Assembly: GCA_001871435.1 (NCBI GenBank)
Contig: MNVC01000012.1
Location: forward strand, 1 to 62,651
Source of the DNA: Candidatus Magasanikbacteria bacterium CG1_02_32_51
Lineage (GTDB): Bacteria > Patescibacteriota > Patescibacteriia > Magasanikbacterales > UBA922
Direction: 5' to 3'
Length of the DNA stretch: 62,651 nt
Shown here: positions 53,987-62,650 of the stretch, piece after piece
Layout: each line of letters begins with the position of its first letter
How positions within the stretch are numbered: the first letter of the stretch is position 1
The notes under the pieces: generated by a model
Told to the model about the DNA's origin: nothing
The model's database searches: none
Seen by the model: only the letters and a program-made list of their open reading frames with translations
Program-made: the position numbers and the translations under genes

Positions 53987-54310
53987 ATGTCAGAAGTAAT
54001 TTTAACAGATCAAAATTTTGAAACAGAAGTACTTAAATCAGATTTACCTGTTTTTGTAGATTTTTGGGCTCCTTGGTGTGGTCCTTGTCAGATGATGGGT
54101 CCAATAGTTGAACAAATTGCTGAAGAATCAGCTGGAAAAGCTAAAGTTGGAAAATTGAATGTTGATGAAAATAGTGTTACTGCTGGTCATTACAAAGTGA
54201 TGAGTATCCCTACATTTTTGGTTTTCAAAGGTGGAGAAGTAGTTGATCAAATGGTTGGTGGTGTACCAAAAGAAAGATTGAAAGAAATGCTTGAAAAGCA
54301 TATATCATAA
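53987..54310 (+). CDS. trxA: Thioredoxin
   Basis: WAPWCGPC active site; 107 aa. Confidence 0.93.
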   Translation: MSEVILTDQNFETEVLKSDLPVFVDFWAPWCGPCQMMGPIVEQIAEESAGKAKVGKLNVDENSVTAGHYKVMSIPTFLVFKGGEVVDQMVGGVPKERLKEMLEKHIS

Positions 54311-54339
54311 AAACACTAGAATTTATAAAATATAAAAAT

Positions 54340-54366
54340 AATCCTTTGAATAGGATTGTTTTTATT
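54340..54366 (+). terminator. Rho-independent terminator of trxA
   Basis: AATCCT ttgaat AGGATT gTTTTTATTTT. Confidence 0.6.
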
Positions 54367-54417
54367 TTGGAATTGAATTAAACTATAAATAGTTTAATTT
54401 TTTTAAAATAAAATTTT

Positions 54418-54627
54418 ATGGAAGAAAGACCAGCTTACGAAACCTATAAATCAAAAGATGATAGAACTTTTATTAGAGTTGTCAAAGCTTTTGATATTAA
54501 GGGTAATAAGGTTTATGAAACTAGGCCAGCTGAATTAGGATAGATTGATAAGTTACATAAAGATGGTATTGAATATGAAATTGTCACAGTACCAGAAGGT
54601 TTTGAAAGTCTTGACACTGAGGTTTGA
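54418..54627 (+). pseudogene. Small ORF (69 codons) interrupted by one in-frame TAG at 54541-54543
   Basis: ATG 54418 ...RPAELG TAG IDKLHKDGIEYEIVTVPEGFESLDTEV TGA 54625-54627. It could also be one genuine 41-aa ORF. Confidence 0.25.
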
Positions 54628-54725
54628 TTTATAAATATTTTTTTCAATAAAAATTGAAGGCTTGCCTTTTTATCATTTTTTTTGTAAACTACAATGGTAA
54701 ATTACTTATAAATCACTTATATATT

Positions 54726-55364
54726 ATGCTATCCGAAGGAAAATCTGTTGGTGAATTAGATTTAGATAAAGACTCTAACAATAATTTTTCAATTGACGAA
54801 GATTTTGTCAATAAATTACAAACAGGTGATAAAACTACTTCAGAATATCTTGTTAATTATTATCAACCTAAGTTTTTTACTACGTTGAAACATCGTTATG
54901 GCAATCAACTTCAAGATAGTGATTGTGCTGATTTGATTCAGGATACCTTTTTGAAAATATTTGATAATATTAAAGATTATCCACATATTGATAACAGAAG
55001 ATTTTCTTCTTGGTTATATACAATATTAAGAAATACTGCAATAGATTATTTTCGTCATAATAAAAATAAAGGAAATCTTTATGAGTACGATGATAGTAGA
55101 TCTGTTTCTACAGAAGGCACTACAAATAATAAACAAGAACAAGAATTAGAATATTTTATGAAGCTTAGTAAAGTACGTGATTTGATAGAAGGTGATTCTA
55201 AATTATTGAATGATAGTCAAAAATTGGTTTTGAAAATGAAATTTTATGATTGTTTGTCAAATAACGAAATTGCTAATAAATTAGGTGAATCAATTGATAC
55301 AATTAATACTAGAATATTTTATTCACGTAAAAAAATTGTGGACTATTTAGGAACAATAAATTAA
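54726..55364 (+). CDS. Sigma-70 family (ECF-like, regions 2 and 4) RNA polymerase sigma factor
   Basis: Region 2 DLIQDTFLKIFDNI...WLYTILRNTAIDYFR. Region 4 LSNNEIANKLGESIDTINTRIFYSRKKI. Confidence 0.75.
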   Translation: MLSEGKSVGELDLDKDSNNNFSIDEDFVNKLQTGDKTTSEYLVNYYQPKFFTTLKHRYGNQLQDSDCADLIQDTFLKIFDNIKDYPHIDNRRFSSWLYTILRNTAIDYFRHNKNKGNLYEYDDSRSVSTEGTTNNKQEQELEYFMKLSKVRDLIEGDSKLLNDSQKLVLKMKFYDCLSNNEIANKLGESIDTINTRIFYSRKKIVDYLGTIN

Positions 55365-55368
55365 ATTT

Positions 55369-58230
55369 ATGAATAAATACAATCCTCAAGAAATAGAAAA
55401 AAAATGGCAAAAGTATTGGGAAGATAATAAGACTTTCAAAACTCCAGAAGACGCTACTGCTGAAAACAAATATTATATTTTACCACAATTACCATATCCA
55501 TCTGGTAGTGGTTTGCATGTGGGTCATGCTGAAGGCTATACAGCTTGTGATATTTTTGCACGTTATCAGAGAATGACTGGAAAGAAAGTCTTACAAGTAA
55601 TTGGTTGGGATAGTTTTGGTCTGCCAGCTGAAAATTATGCTATAAAAAATAATGTTCATCCTAAAATTAGTACAGACAATGCTATTGATAATTTTCGTAA
55701 ACAGATAAAAGCTTTGGGAATATCAGTTGACTGGGATAGGGAAGTAGGCAGTCACAATTCTGATTATTACAAATTTACTCAATGGTTTTTTTTGTTATTT
55801 TACAAACGTGGTTTGGCTTATCGTAAGATGCAGACTGTCAATTGGTGTGACAGTTGTAAAACAGTTCTTGCCAATGATCAAGTAAAAGAAGGACATTGTG
55901 AACGCTGTGATACGCTTGTCATCCAAAAAGAAATGGAACAGTGGTATATCAAAATTACAGACTATGCTGAAAGATTACTTCAAGATATTGATAAATTGGA
56001 CTGGCCAGAAGAAACCAAAAAAAGACAAAAAGATTGGATTGGTAAATCTAGCGGTGCAGAAGTAAATTTTTCTATCAAAGATAGTAATTTGAAAATTCGT
56101 GTTTTTACTACTCGTCCAGATACTCTTTTTGGTGTGACCTATGTGGTTTTGGCTCCAGAAGGAAAATATATTCAAGATTTTAAAGATAAAATTAGTAATT
56201 GGTCAGAAGTAGAAAAATATATTGAAGCGACAAGTAAAAAAACAGAACTTGAAAGACAAATTCAAAAAGAAAAAACTGGTGTTGATTTGCAAAGTATCAA
56301 AGCTATTAACCCTGTTACCAATGAAGAAATTCCAATTTTTGTGGCTGATTATGTAATTGCTTCTTATGGCACTGGAGCTATTATGGCGGTGCCGGCTCAT
56401 GATGAGAGAGACTGGGAATTTGCGAAGAAATATAGTTTGCCTATAAAGGAAGTTGTCGCTCCTAACTTTGTTTTGACTGGCAAAAATGCACCTCAAGGAG
56501 GTGTAGAGACTTTGAACAGAAGAACTGTTACTTGTATTTTAGAAAATCCAAAGACAAATAAATTTTTAGTTATCAAAGAAAAAGATAATAATGTTTTGGT
56601 TGGTGGTGGGGTTGATGAAGGTGAAACACCTGAAGAAGCAATGATTAGAGAGGTACAGGAAGAAACTGGTTATACCAATGTTGAAATTTATAAAAAATTG
56701 TTTGATCATTTATTTTGTTTTCATTTTAGATTTGGCAAAAACAAAAATCAGATGGTGGATGATGTGGTTTATCATGTTATTTTAAATGATGAAACAAAGA
56801 TACCAAGTGAAGTTGAAATTGGTAAACATGGAATAATGTGGGTGTCTAAAGATGAATTACAAAATACTATAACATCTGAAAATCATAAATTCATGTGTGA
56901 GGTATTTTTGAAAGGTGACAATTGTTTTTCAGATTATGGTGTTGCTATAAATTCTGATTTTTTAAATGGCTTAACAACAGAAGAAGCCAAAGAAAAAATG
57001 ATTGAATATTTAGAAGAAAATAAACTTGGTGAAAGAAAAGTACAATACAAACTTCGTGATTGGTCTGTCTCTCGTCAAAGATTTTGGGGAGCGCCAATTC
57101 CCATGCTTCGTAATGAAGAAACAGGGGAGCTAAAACCAGTAGAATTCAAAGAATTACCTGTCCTTCTTCCAGAAGATGTGGATTTTAAGCCAACCGGACA
57201 ATCTCCACTTATTTATTCCCAAACTTTTCAAGAAGGTGTGGAAGAAAAATATGGTAAGGGATGGAAAAGAGAAGTAGATACACTAGATACCTTTATGTGT
57301 TCATCTTGGTACTATTATCGTTATCTTGATCCAAAAAATGAAAATGAATTTGCTAGTCCAGAAGCTTTGAAAAGATGGATGCCAGTAGATTTTTATCTTG
57401 GTGGTCCAGAGCATGTCAATGGACATTTGCTTTACTCTAGATTTTTTACCAAAGTTTTGTTTGATGAAGGTTTGATTGATTTTGATGAACCTTTCAAAGT
57501 GCACCGTCATCAAGGTCTTATTTTGGGGCCAGACAATCGTAAGATGAGTAAACGCTGGGGAAATGTGATAAATCCGACAGACGTGACAGAAGTTTATGGT
57601 GCAGATACTTTGCGTATGTATGAAATGTTTATGGGACCTCTTGAAGAAGATAAACCTTGGGATGAAAATGGTGTGAAAGGTGTGAGAAGATTTTTGGAAC
57701 GTGTATGGTTATATTCTACAACTGTAATTCATAAAATTACGTATGAATTGGACGAAGATAATATTATCAAAGAACTACATAAAACAATTAAGAAAGTTGG
57801 TGAAGATTTATCATTGTTAAGATTCAATACAGCTATTGCCAAATTGATGGAATTTATTAATTTTGTAGCTAAAGATCCCCGACATTTTTCTAAAAATGAT
57901 TCCGAAGTAAGAAAAGATTTTTTGAAACTCCTTTCCCCATTTGCTCCCCACATGGCCGAAGAACTTTGGGAAAATTTTGGAAATAAAAATAGTATCTCAA
58001 CAGAAAAATGGCCAGAGTATGACGAAGCAAAAATAAAAGAAGATACTATTACTGTTGTTGTGCAAGTAAATGGCAAAGTTCGTGATAGTCTAGAAGTGCC
58101 TGTGGAAATTTCTGAAGAAGATATCAAGGTTCAAGTTTTGGCTTTGGAAAATGTGAAGAAATGGTTGGAAGGCAAAGAACCAAAGAAAGTTATTTATGTG
58201 AAAGGAAGATTGGTTTCTATTGTAGTATAA
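55369..58230 (+). CDS. leuS: Leucine--tRNA ligase with an inserted Nudix hydrolase domain
   Basis: HVGH (HIGH), CP1 editing TTRPDT, AVPAHDERD, KMSKR (KMSKS). A Nudix box lies at 56605-56673. Confidence 0.96.
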   Translation: MNKYNPQEIEKKWQKYWEDNKTFKTPEDATAENKYYILPQLPYPSGSGLHVGHAEGYTACDIFARYQRMTGKKVLQVIGWDSFGLPAENYAIKNNVHPKISTDNAIDNFRKQIKALGISVDWDREVGSHNSDYYKFTQWFFLLFYKRGLAYRKMQTVNWCDSCKTVLANDQVKEGHCERCDTLVIQKEMEQWYIKITDYAERLLQDIDKLDWPEETKKRQKDWIGKSSGAEVNFSIKDSNLKIRVFTTRPDTLFGVTYVVLAPEGKYIQDFKDKISNWSEVEKYIEATSKKTELERQIQKEKTGVDLQSIKAINPVTNEEIPIFVADYVIASYGTGAIMAVPAHDERDWEFAKKYSLPIKEVVAPNFVLTGKNAPQGGVETLNRRTVTCILENPKTNKFLVIKEKDNNVLVGGGVDEGETPEEAMIREVQEETGYTNVEIYKKLFDHLFCFHFRFGKNKNQMVDDVVYHVILNDETKIPSEVEIGKHGIMWVSKDELQNTITSENHKFMCEVFLKGDNCFSDYGVAINSDFLNGLTTEEAKEKMIEYLEENKLGERKVQYKLRDWSVSRQRFWGAPIPMLRNEETGELKPVEFKELPVLLPEDVDFKPTGQSPLIYSQTFQEGVEEKYGKGWKREVDTLDTFMCSSWYYYRYLDPKNENEFASPEALKRWMPVDFYLGGPEHVNGHLLYSRFFTKVLFDEGLIDFDEPFKVHRHQGLILGPDNRKMSKRWGNVINPTDVTEVYGADTLRMYEMFMGPLEEDKPWDENGVKGVRRFLERVWLYSTTVIHKITYELDEDNIIKELHKTIKKVGEDLSLLRFNTAIAKLMEFINFVAKDPRHFSKNDSEVRKDFLKLLSPFAPHMAEELWENFGNKNSISTEKWPEYDEAKIKEDTITVVVQVNGKVRDSLEVPVEISEEDIKVQVLALENVKKWLEGKEPKKVIYVKGRLVSIVV

Positions 58231-58283
58231 CTTGTTTATAGAACTCAGATTTCCATAATATCCAAGATATACCAAGATTTTTT

Positions 58284-58670
58284 ATGAAGGATGTAGAAAT
58301 AAATAATATAACTAGTAAAATAATAAAGTCTTATTATAATGTTTATAATACTTTAGGTTTTGGTTTTTTGGAGAAAATATATGAAAATTCACTAATTTTT
58401 GAATTACAAAAACAAGGTTTACACGGTAGAAGGCAAGTACCTATTGAAGTAAACTATTTTGATAAACATGTAGGGTCTTATTTTGCTGATATAATCGTAG
58501 AAGATTTAGTTATTTTGGAAATAAAAGCAGCTGAATCTTTGTGTGAAGCACATGAAGCTCAGCTCTTGAATTATTTGAGGGCTACTAATATAGAATATGG
58601 TTTGTTATTAAATTTTGGACAAAAGCCGGAAATTCGAAGAAAAACTTGGACAAATGATTATCATGGTTAA
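58284..58670 (+). CDS. GxxExxY protein (PD-(D/E)xK nuclease-fold family)
   Basis: LGFGFLEKIYENSL (GxxExxY), D...EIK core (ADIIVEDLVILEIKA), LLNF. 128 aa. Confidence 0.8.
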   Translation: MKDVEINNITSKIIKSYYNVYNTLGFGFLEKIYENSLIFELQKQGLHGRRQVPIEVNYFDKHVGSYFADIIVEDLVILEIKAAESLCEAHEAQLLNYLRATNIEYGLLLNFGQKPEIRRKTWTNDYHG

Positions 58671-58724
58671 TTTTGGTTATCTTGGAAATCTGTGTTCTAT
58701 CTTCAAAAACATTTTTTTAAAACA

Positions 58725-58752
58725 AAATATCCTTTACACAAGGATATTTTTT
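58725..58752. terminator. Bidirectional terminator
   Basis: AAATATCCTT tacac AAGGATATTT followed by TTT. Confidence 0.7.
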
Positions 58753-58768
58753 GATATAAATTTATTTT

Positions 58769-59296
58769 CTAGATTTTATTTGTAACTGTATTTTCAGATT
58801 GTAAATATCTGATAGACATCTCAGCTACTCCGACAAATATTCCCACATAAAATAAATCACCAAGCAAACTATTACGGAAAAATGGTAGAGCCATATAGTA
58901 ACTTTGCATTAGGCCAGGCAAATTGTGGGTGTACATAGTACCAAAAGTCCAGACAGAGAAATTGGTAGCTAAGAAAAATAAAGCTGAGCCTGCAAAAGTA
59001 GTCAAAATTACATTTCCTAGATTTTTGTGTTTTTTTAGCCAAGTGCCTAGTATAGTTGCCAAGATAAAACTAGCGTAAACACTAAACATAATTGGTAGAG
59101 AGTAAAATCCCAAGAAAATATCACTTATAAGCATGGCTACTACTGGAATGATAACATTGAGCCTCTTTGGTAAATAAAGCCCGGAAAAGAGGGCTAGAGC
59201 CATAATAGGAGCAAAATTAGCAGGATGTGGAAGTAATCTGAGGGTAAATCCGACGATTATTAGAGCTATTATGAGATAGATGTGTTTATTTTTCAT
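58769..59296 (-). CDS. Small polytopic membrane protein (about 5-6 TM), putative transport/S-component-like (DUF6580-like from memory)
   Basis: RLLPHPANFAPIMALALFSG and further TM segments. Met at 59296 is preferred because the upstream part of the ORF is repeat D. Confidence 0.55.
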   Translation of the reverse strand: MKNKHIYLIIALIIVGFTLRLLPHPANFAPIMALALFSGLYLPKRLNVIIPVVAMLISDIFLGFYSLPIMFSVYASFILATILGTWLKKHKNLGNVILTTFAGSALFFLATNFSVWTFGTMYTHNLPGLMQSYYMALPFFRNSLLGDLFYVGIFVGVAEMSIRYLQSENTVTNKI

Positions 59297-59316
59297 AAAG
59301 TTATATGATTTTAAGT

Positions 59317-59427
59317 GGAGTGACGAATTCCTGCCTGCCGGCAGGCAGGGAATGTGTAACAATGAAATTCGTTGGTCACGCGATAACGAAATTTCCCGCC
59401 CACCTGGCGGGTCATTTCGTCATTCCT
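59317..59427. repeat. Family D element, copy 2, with an extra GC palindrome
   Basis: GGAGTGACGAATTCC, CTGCCTGCCGGCAGGCAG, GGGAATGTG...AACGAAATTTCCCGCCCACCTGGCGGG, TCATTTCGTCATTCCT. Confidence 0.6.
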
Positions 59428-59481
59428 CTCCTATAATAGTTAAGGATTTGTTGTGTAAATATTATAGCAGTGTTTATTATA

Positions 59482-62235
59482 TTAGACAAACATTTTAAAA
59501 AGTAGATAAAGTCCATAGAGTAGGGTACCAGCTCCTAGGGCAAGAGCAACTTTTTTGTTGGTTGGGAGTGGTGTTTCTTGTTTTTCATTTGTTTTTTCTA
59601 ATGTTTCGTTAGTTTGAATATTTTGTTTTTCTTCTTCTATGATTTTATCTTTAGGAGTAGTTTCAGTTTTTTCTCCAAGGACTTGTTCCAGATTGTTTTT
59701 TGCAATTAAACTTTGTTTTGTTAGTTTTGTTTCTGCGATTGGTGTATTTGTGGTTTGGATATTTTCTACTGGTAATTCCAAAATTATTGGTAAAATTTCA
59801 ATTTTTTGTTTTTGAGTTGAAGTTGCAATATCATCAATTATTTCAGGAGTTGATGTCACAATTTCTTCGGTAGAGGTTTTTGTTGAGGTGGTGTTTGTTT
59901 CAATTGATCCACCGCCAACATTATTTGTGGGTTGAATAATTGGATCTAAAATTATTGGCCAAGTTTTACCTAGTAGTGAAGGTACTGCGTGTTTCAAACC
60001 AAACCAGTCAACACTGATAGGTTCCCAAGTGGTATTGTAAGAGCCGTCATTTGTTAGATTATTTGCTAGTAATTGCCATGGATTTTTGTGATTGGCATTG
60101 AACCAATCTGTTTGTGTTTGTTGTAGAGCATTGATACCCATCATAACCCAACTGGTTGTAAGAATGTCAGAATTATCAAACCCCCAACCACCATCTGCAA
60201 GTTGTGTATTTTTTAAATAATTTTCAGCAGAATTGTATATGGTTTCATTAACAGGGACACCTTTTTTTTGAGCATATTTAAGGGCACTAATAGAAACACC
60301 TGTGGCGTCTGGGGTCTCACCCCAGCCTATAGAAAATCCACCAGATGTTTGGTTTTGGGAGTTTTTGATATTATTTATTAGATCAATAATAATTTGTTCT
60401 GAAGTATTTGTGTCACTACCTAACAAAGCTAATAAGGCAAAGACATCATCATTTGTTCCAGAACCATATTCTTCTCCAAAAGAACTATTTGTGGGAGAAT
60501 AACATTTGTCTGATTGCATCTCGTCGTTTAGATGATTTATTTTTTCAGATATGTCCGAACCGCTAGCAAGTAAAGCTAGACTATGACGGGCAAAACCTGC
60601 ACAAATATTATTGTCAGTTGTATTTGTGATTTCTTGTTTTTGAGCATAGTCAATCAGAGAAAAAATACCCTTTTTAATATCTTTGGCATATTGTTCATTA
60701 GCACCAAAAGACATAATTATCCAATCGGTCGTATTTGGGTCAGATATTTTACCATCTGCACTTTGTTCATTTTTTAAATAGTTTAAGATCTTATTTACAG
60801 CAATACTTATTTCACTTTGGGTCAGAGGAATATTTTGATTTATCTCATTGTTTGAACTACTTCCACCAGAAGTTGGATTTTCAGTGCTAGTATCTGTGGT
60901 TGTAGTAGTAGAATTTTCTTTATTTTGCCCAGTGGGAGTGATAGTGATAGTTTCACTGGTAATAAAACCATTTTTTTGAGCATAGATTGTGTAAGGTGTG
61001 GTAGTTGTAATATTTAATTCATAAATACCATCTTCATCAAATATTTCTTCATTATTTATGATAAAAGTGGAGCTGGCATTAGGAATCCAAGAATAAACAC
61101 CCCAATCAAATTTTTGATATTCAACCTCTATTGTGGAACTAACTGTGGGATTAGTGTTGTTTATCACCAATTTGCTTGGTTCTATTCCATAAACTAATAA
61201 AATATTTTCTTTTTCTTTATCTACATTTAAAATATAAACATTTACACCACTTTCGCCAGGTATTAAATCACTATACCAACCCCACCACATACCATCAGAA
61301 AAATCATTGCCTTTATAATCATTGATATCATAAGTAACACCAAAATCACCCCAAGTAGAATATAAACTCCAACCTTGTTGCTCAGATAATTGCTCTATAG
61401 CACACCAAATGTTGAAAGTGTTTTCTGTATTATTTTCCTCATTTGGGCATGCTGTAACTGTAAAATCATCATTATATAATTCTTGATCAAAAGTTTGTAT
61501 TTCTAAATGAATAGTTGTGGTGGCTAAAATTTCTGGTTCAATTACAGAAATATTAATTTTTTTACTTGCTAAAGCATTTGTACTATCTACATAAAATTCA
61601 TAAGTACCAGTATTTTCAGGTGTAAAAGTAAAAATACCATTGTTAGTCTCTACGGATTCGCCATTGATATAAAAAGTTATAGCTGTGGTATTAGTTACAA
61701 AAGAATCTGTATTCCAAATTAAAGATTCAATATTGATACTTTCGTTTGCATACATGTATGTTGTAGATGAATAAATATCTAGGATATTTTGAGGCCAAGA
61801 ATCATATATTAAAGTTAGAGTGTCGTTGTCTTCTAAAATTAAGTCAGCAATGCCTACATTAGCATCATTATTATTGTTTTTTAAAATCCAACTTTGTGAC
61901 CAATCACTAGTATTTTCAATATCATTGATAGCGTCAAGACTAAAACCCCAATCCCAATCAGTAACTTTAAAAGAATCGATTTGATTATTTTCTAAAGATT
62001 GTTGTAATGCACAAATTGCTTTGAAACCAGAAAAAGTTGAAGTAGTATTATTGGAGTTTGTTACAATACATGATTCTGGTAAATAAATTTGTTGATCTAA
62101 AATAGTAGTATCAGTGTTTATTATTTTTAGATTTATTGATTTTGTATTTTCTGTAGCATAACTTGTATTAAAAGCTGATAGACTGACAATTGTTACTACT
62201 GTAACAAATAAAAATTTAGAAAGTACTGTTTTCAT
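59482..62235 (-). CDS. Large secreted/anchored surface protein: two DUF4430-like domains + Ig-like domains + prenyltransferase/terpene-cyclase-like alpha/alpha toroid + C-terminal TM
   Basis: Signal peptide. DUF4430-like WSQSWILKNNNNDANVGIADLILEDNDTLTLIY and WWGWYSDLIPGESGVNVYIL. Toroid repeats NEQSADGKI, NSQNQTSGGF, NTQLADGGWGF. C-terminal TM ALALGAGTLLYGLYLLF. Confidence 0.7.
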   Translation of the reverse strand: MKTVLSKFLFVTVVTIVSLSAFNTSYATENTKSINLKIINTDTTILDQQIYLPESCIVTNSNNTTSTFSGFKAICALQQSLENNQIDSFKVTDWDWGFSLDAINDIENTSDWSQSWILKNNNNDANVGIADLILEDNDTLTLIYDSWPQNILDIYSSTTYMYANESINIESLIWNTDSFVTNTTAITFYINGESVETNNGIFTFTPENTGTYEFYVDSTNALASKKINISVIEPEILATTTIHLEIQTFDQELYNDDFTVTACPNEENNTENTFNIWCAIEQLSEQQGWSLYSTWGDFGVTYDINDYKGNDFSDGMWWGWYSDLIPGESGVNVYILNVDKEKENILLVYGIEPSKLVINNTNPTVSSTIEVEYQKFDWGVYSWIPNASSTFIINNEEIFDEDGIYELNITTTTPYTIYAQKNGFITSETITITPTGQNKENSTTTTTDTSTENPTSGGSSSNNEINQNIPLTQSEISIAVNKILNYLKNEQSADGKISDPNTTDWIIMSFGANEQYAKDIKKGIFSLIDYAQKQEITNTTDNNICAGFARHSLALLASGSDISEKINHLNDEMQSDKCYSPTNSSFGEEYGSGTNDDVFALLALLGSDTNTSEQIIIDLINNIKNSQNQTSGGFSIGWGETPDATGVSISALKYAQKKGVPVNETIYNSAENYLKNTQLADGGWGFDNSDILTTSWVMMGINALQQTQTDWFNANHKNPWQLLANNLTNDGSYNTTWEPISVDWFGLKHAVPSLLGKTWPIILDPIIQPTNNVGGGSIETNTTSTKTSTEEIVTSTPEIIDDIATSTQKQKIEILPIILELPVENIQTTNTPIAETKLTKQSLIAKNNLEQVLGEKTETTPKDKIIEEEKQNIQTNETLEKTNEKQETPLPTNKKVALALGAGTLLYGLYLLFKMFV

Positions 62236-62650
62236 ATGACCATTTTATATTATCTCCTGAATTAATTTTTTGGACAGATATTCCAGCTTGAGCGCTTTGT
62301 CCGTTTAGGTAATAAACCCAATATTTACCTTGTTTGTTATCATTTTTGATACCATTTATTTCAGTAATAAAAAATCCCAGACCAGAATAATTTATTCCAG
62401 AAAATGTGAAGTCACTCTCGGTCTGTAATTTGTCCAACAAATCTTTCAAAATTGTTCCTTCTTTTTCAAAATCTACTGTATAATTTTTTTGGTTAACTGT
62501 AATTGTCGCAGAGTAGGGAAGTTGTTTGTGTTCTTCTGATATAGCTTGTATGCTAGTTGTGACTGTCTCTTGTACTAATGTAGAAGTTTGCTGTTCTTTG
62601 TTAGGAATAATTTTATCTTCAGTAGTAGTTACTTTGTTGTTCGTTTCAAT
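62216..62650 (-). CDS. DUF4430-domain protein, 5' end outside the window
   Basis: The frame is open to the window edge. C-terminus FFITEINGIKNDNKQGKYWVYYLNGQSAQAGISVQKINSGDNIKWSY is a typical DUF4430 pattern. Overlaps the next gene by 20 nt. Confidence 0.65.
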   Translation of the reverse strand: METNNKVTTTEDKIIPNKEQQTSTLVQETVTTSIQAISEEHKQLPYSATITVNQKNYTVDFEKEGTILKDLLDKLQTESDFTFSGINYSGLGFFITEINGIKNDNKQGKYWVYYLNGQSAQAGISVQKINSGDNIKWSYENSTF

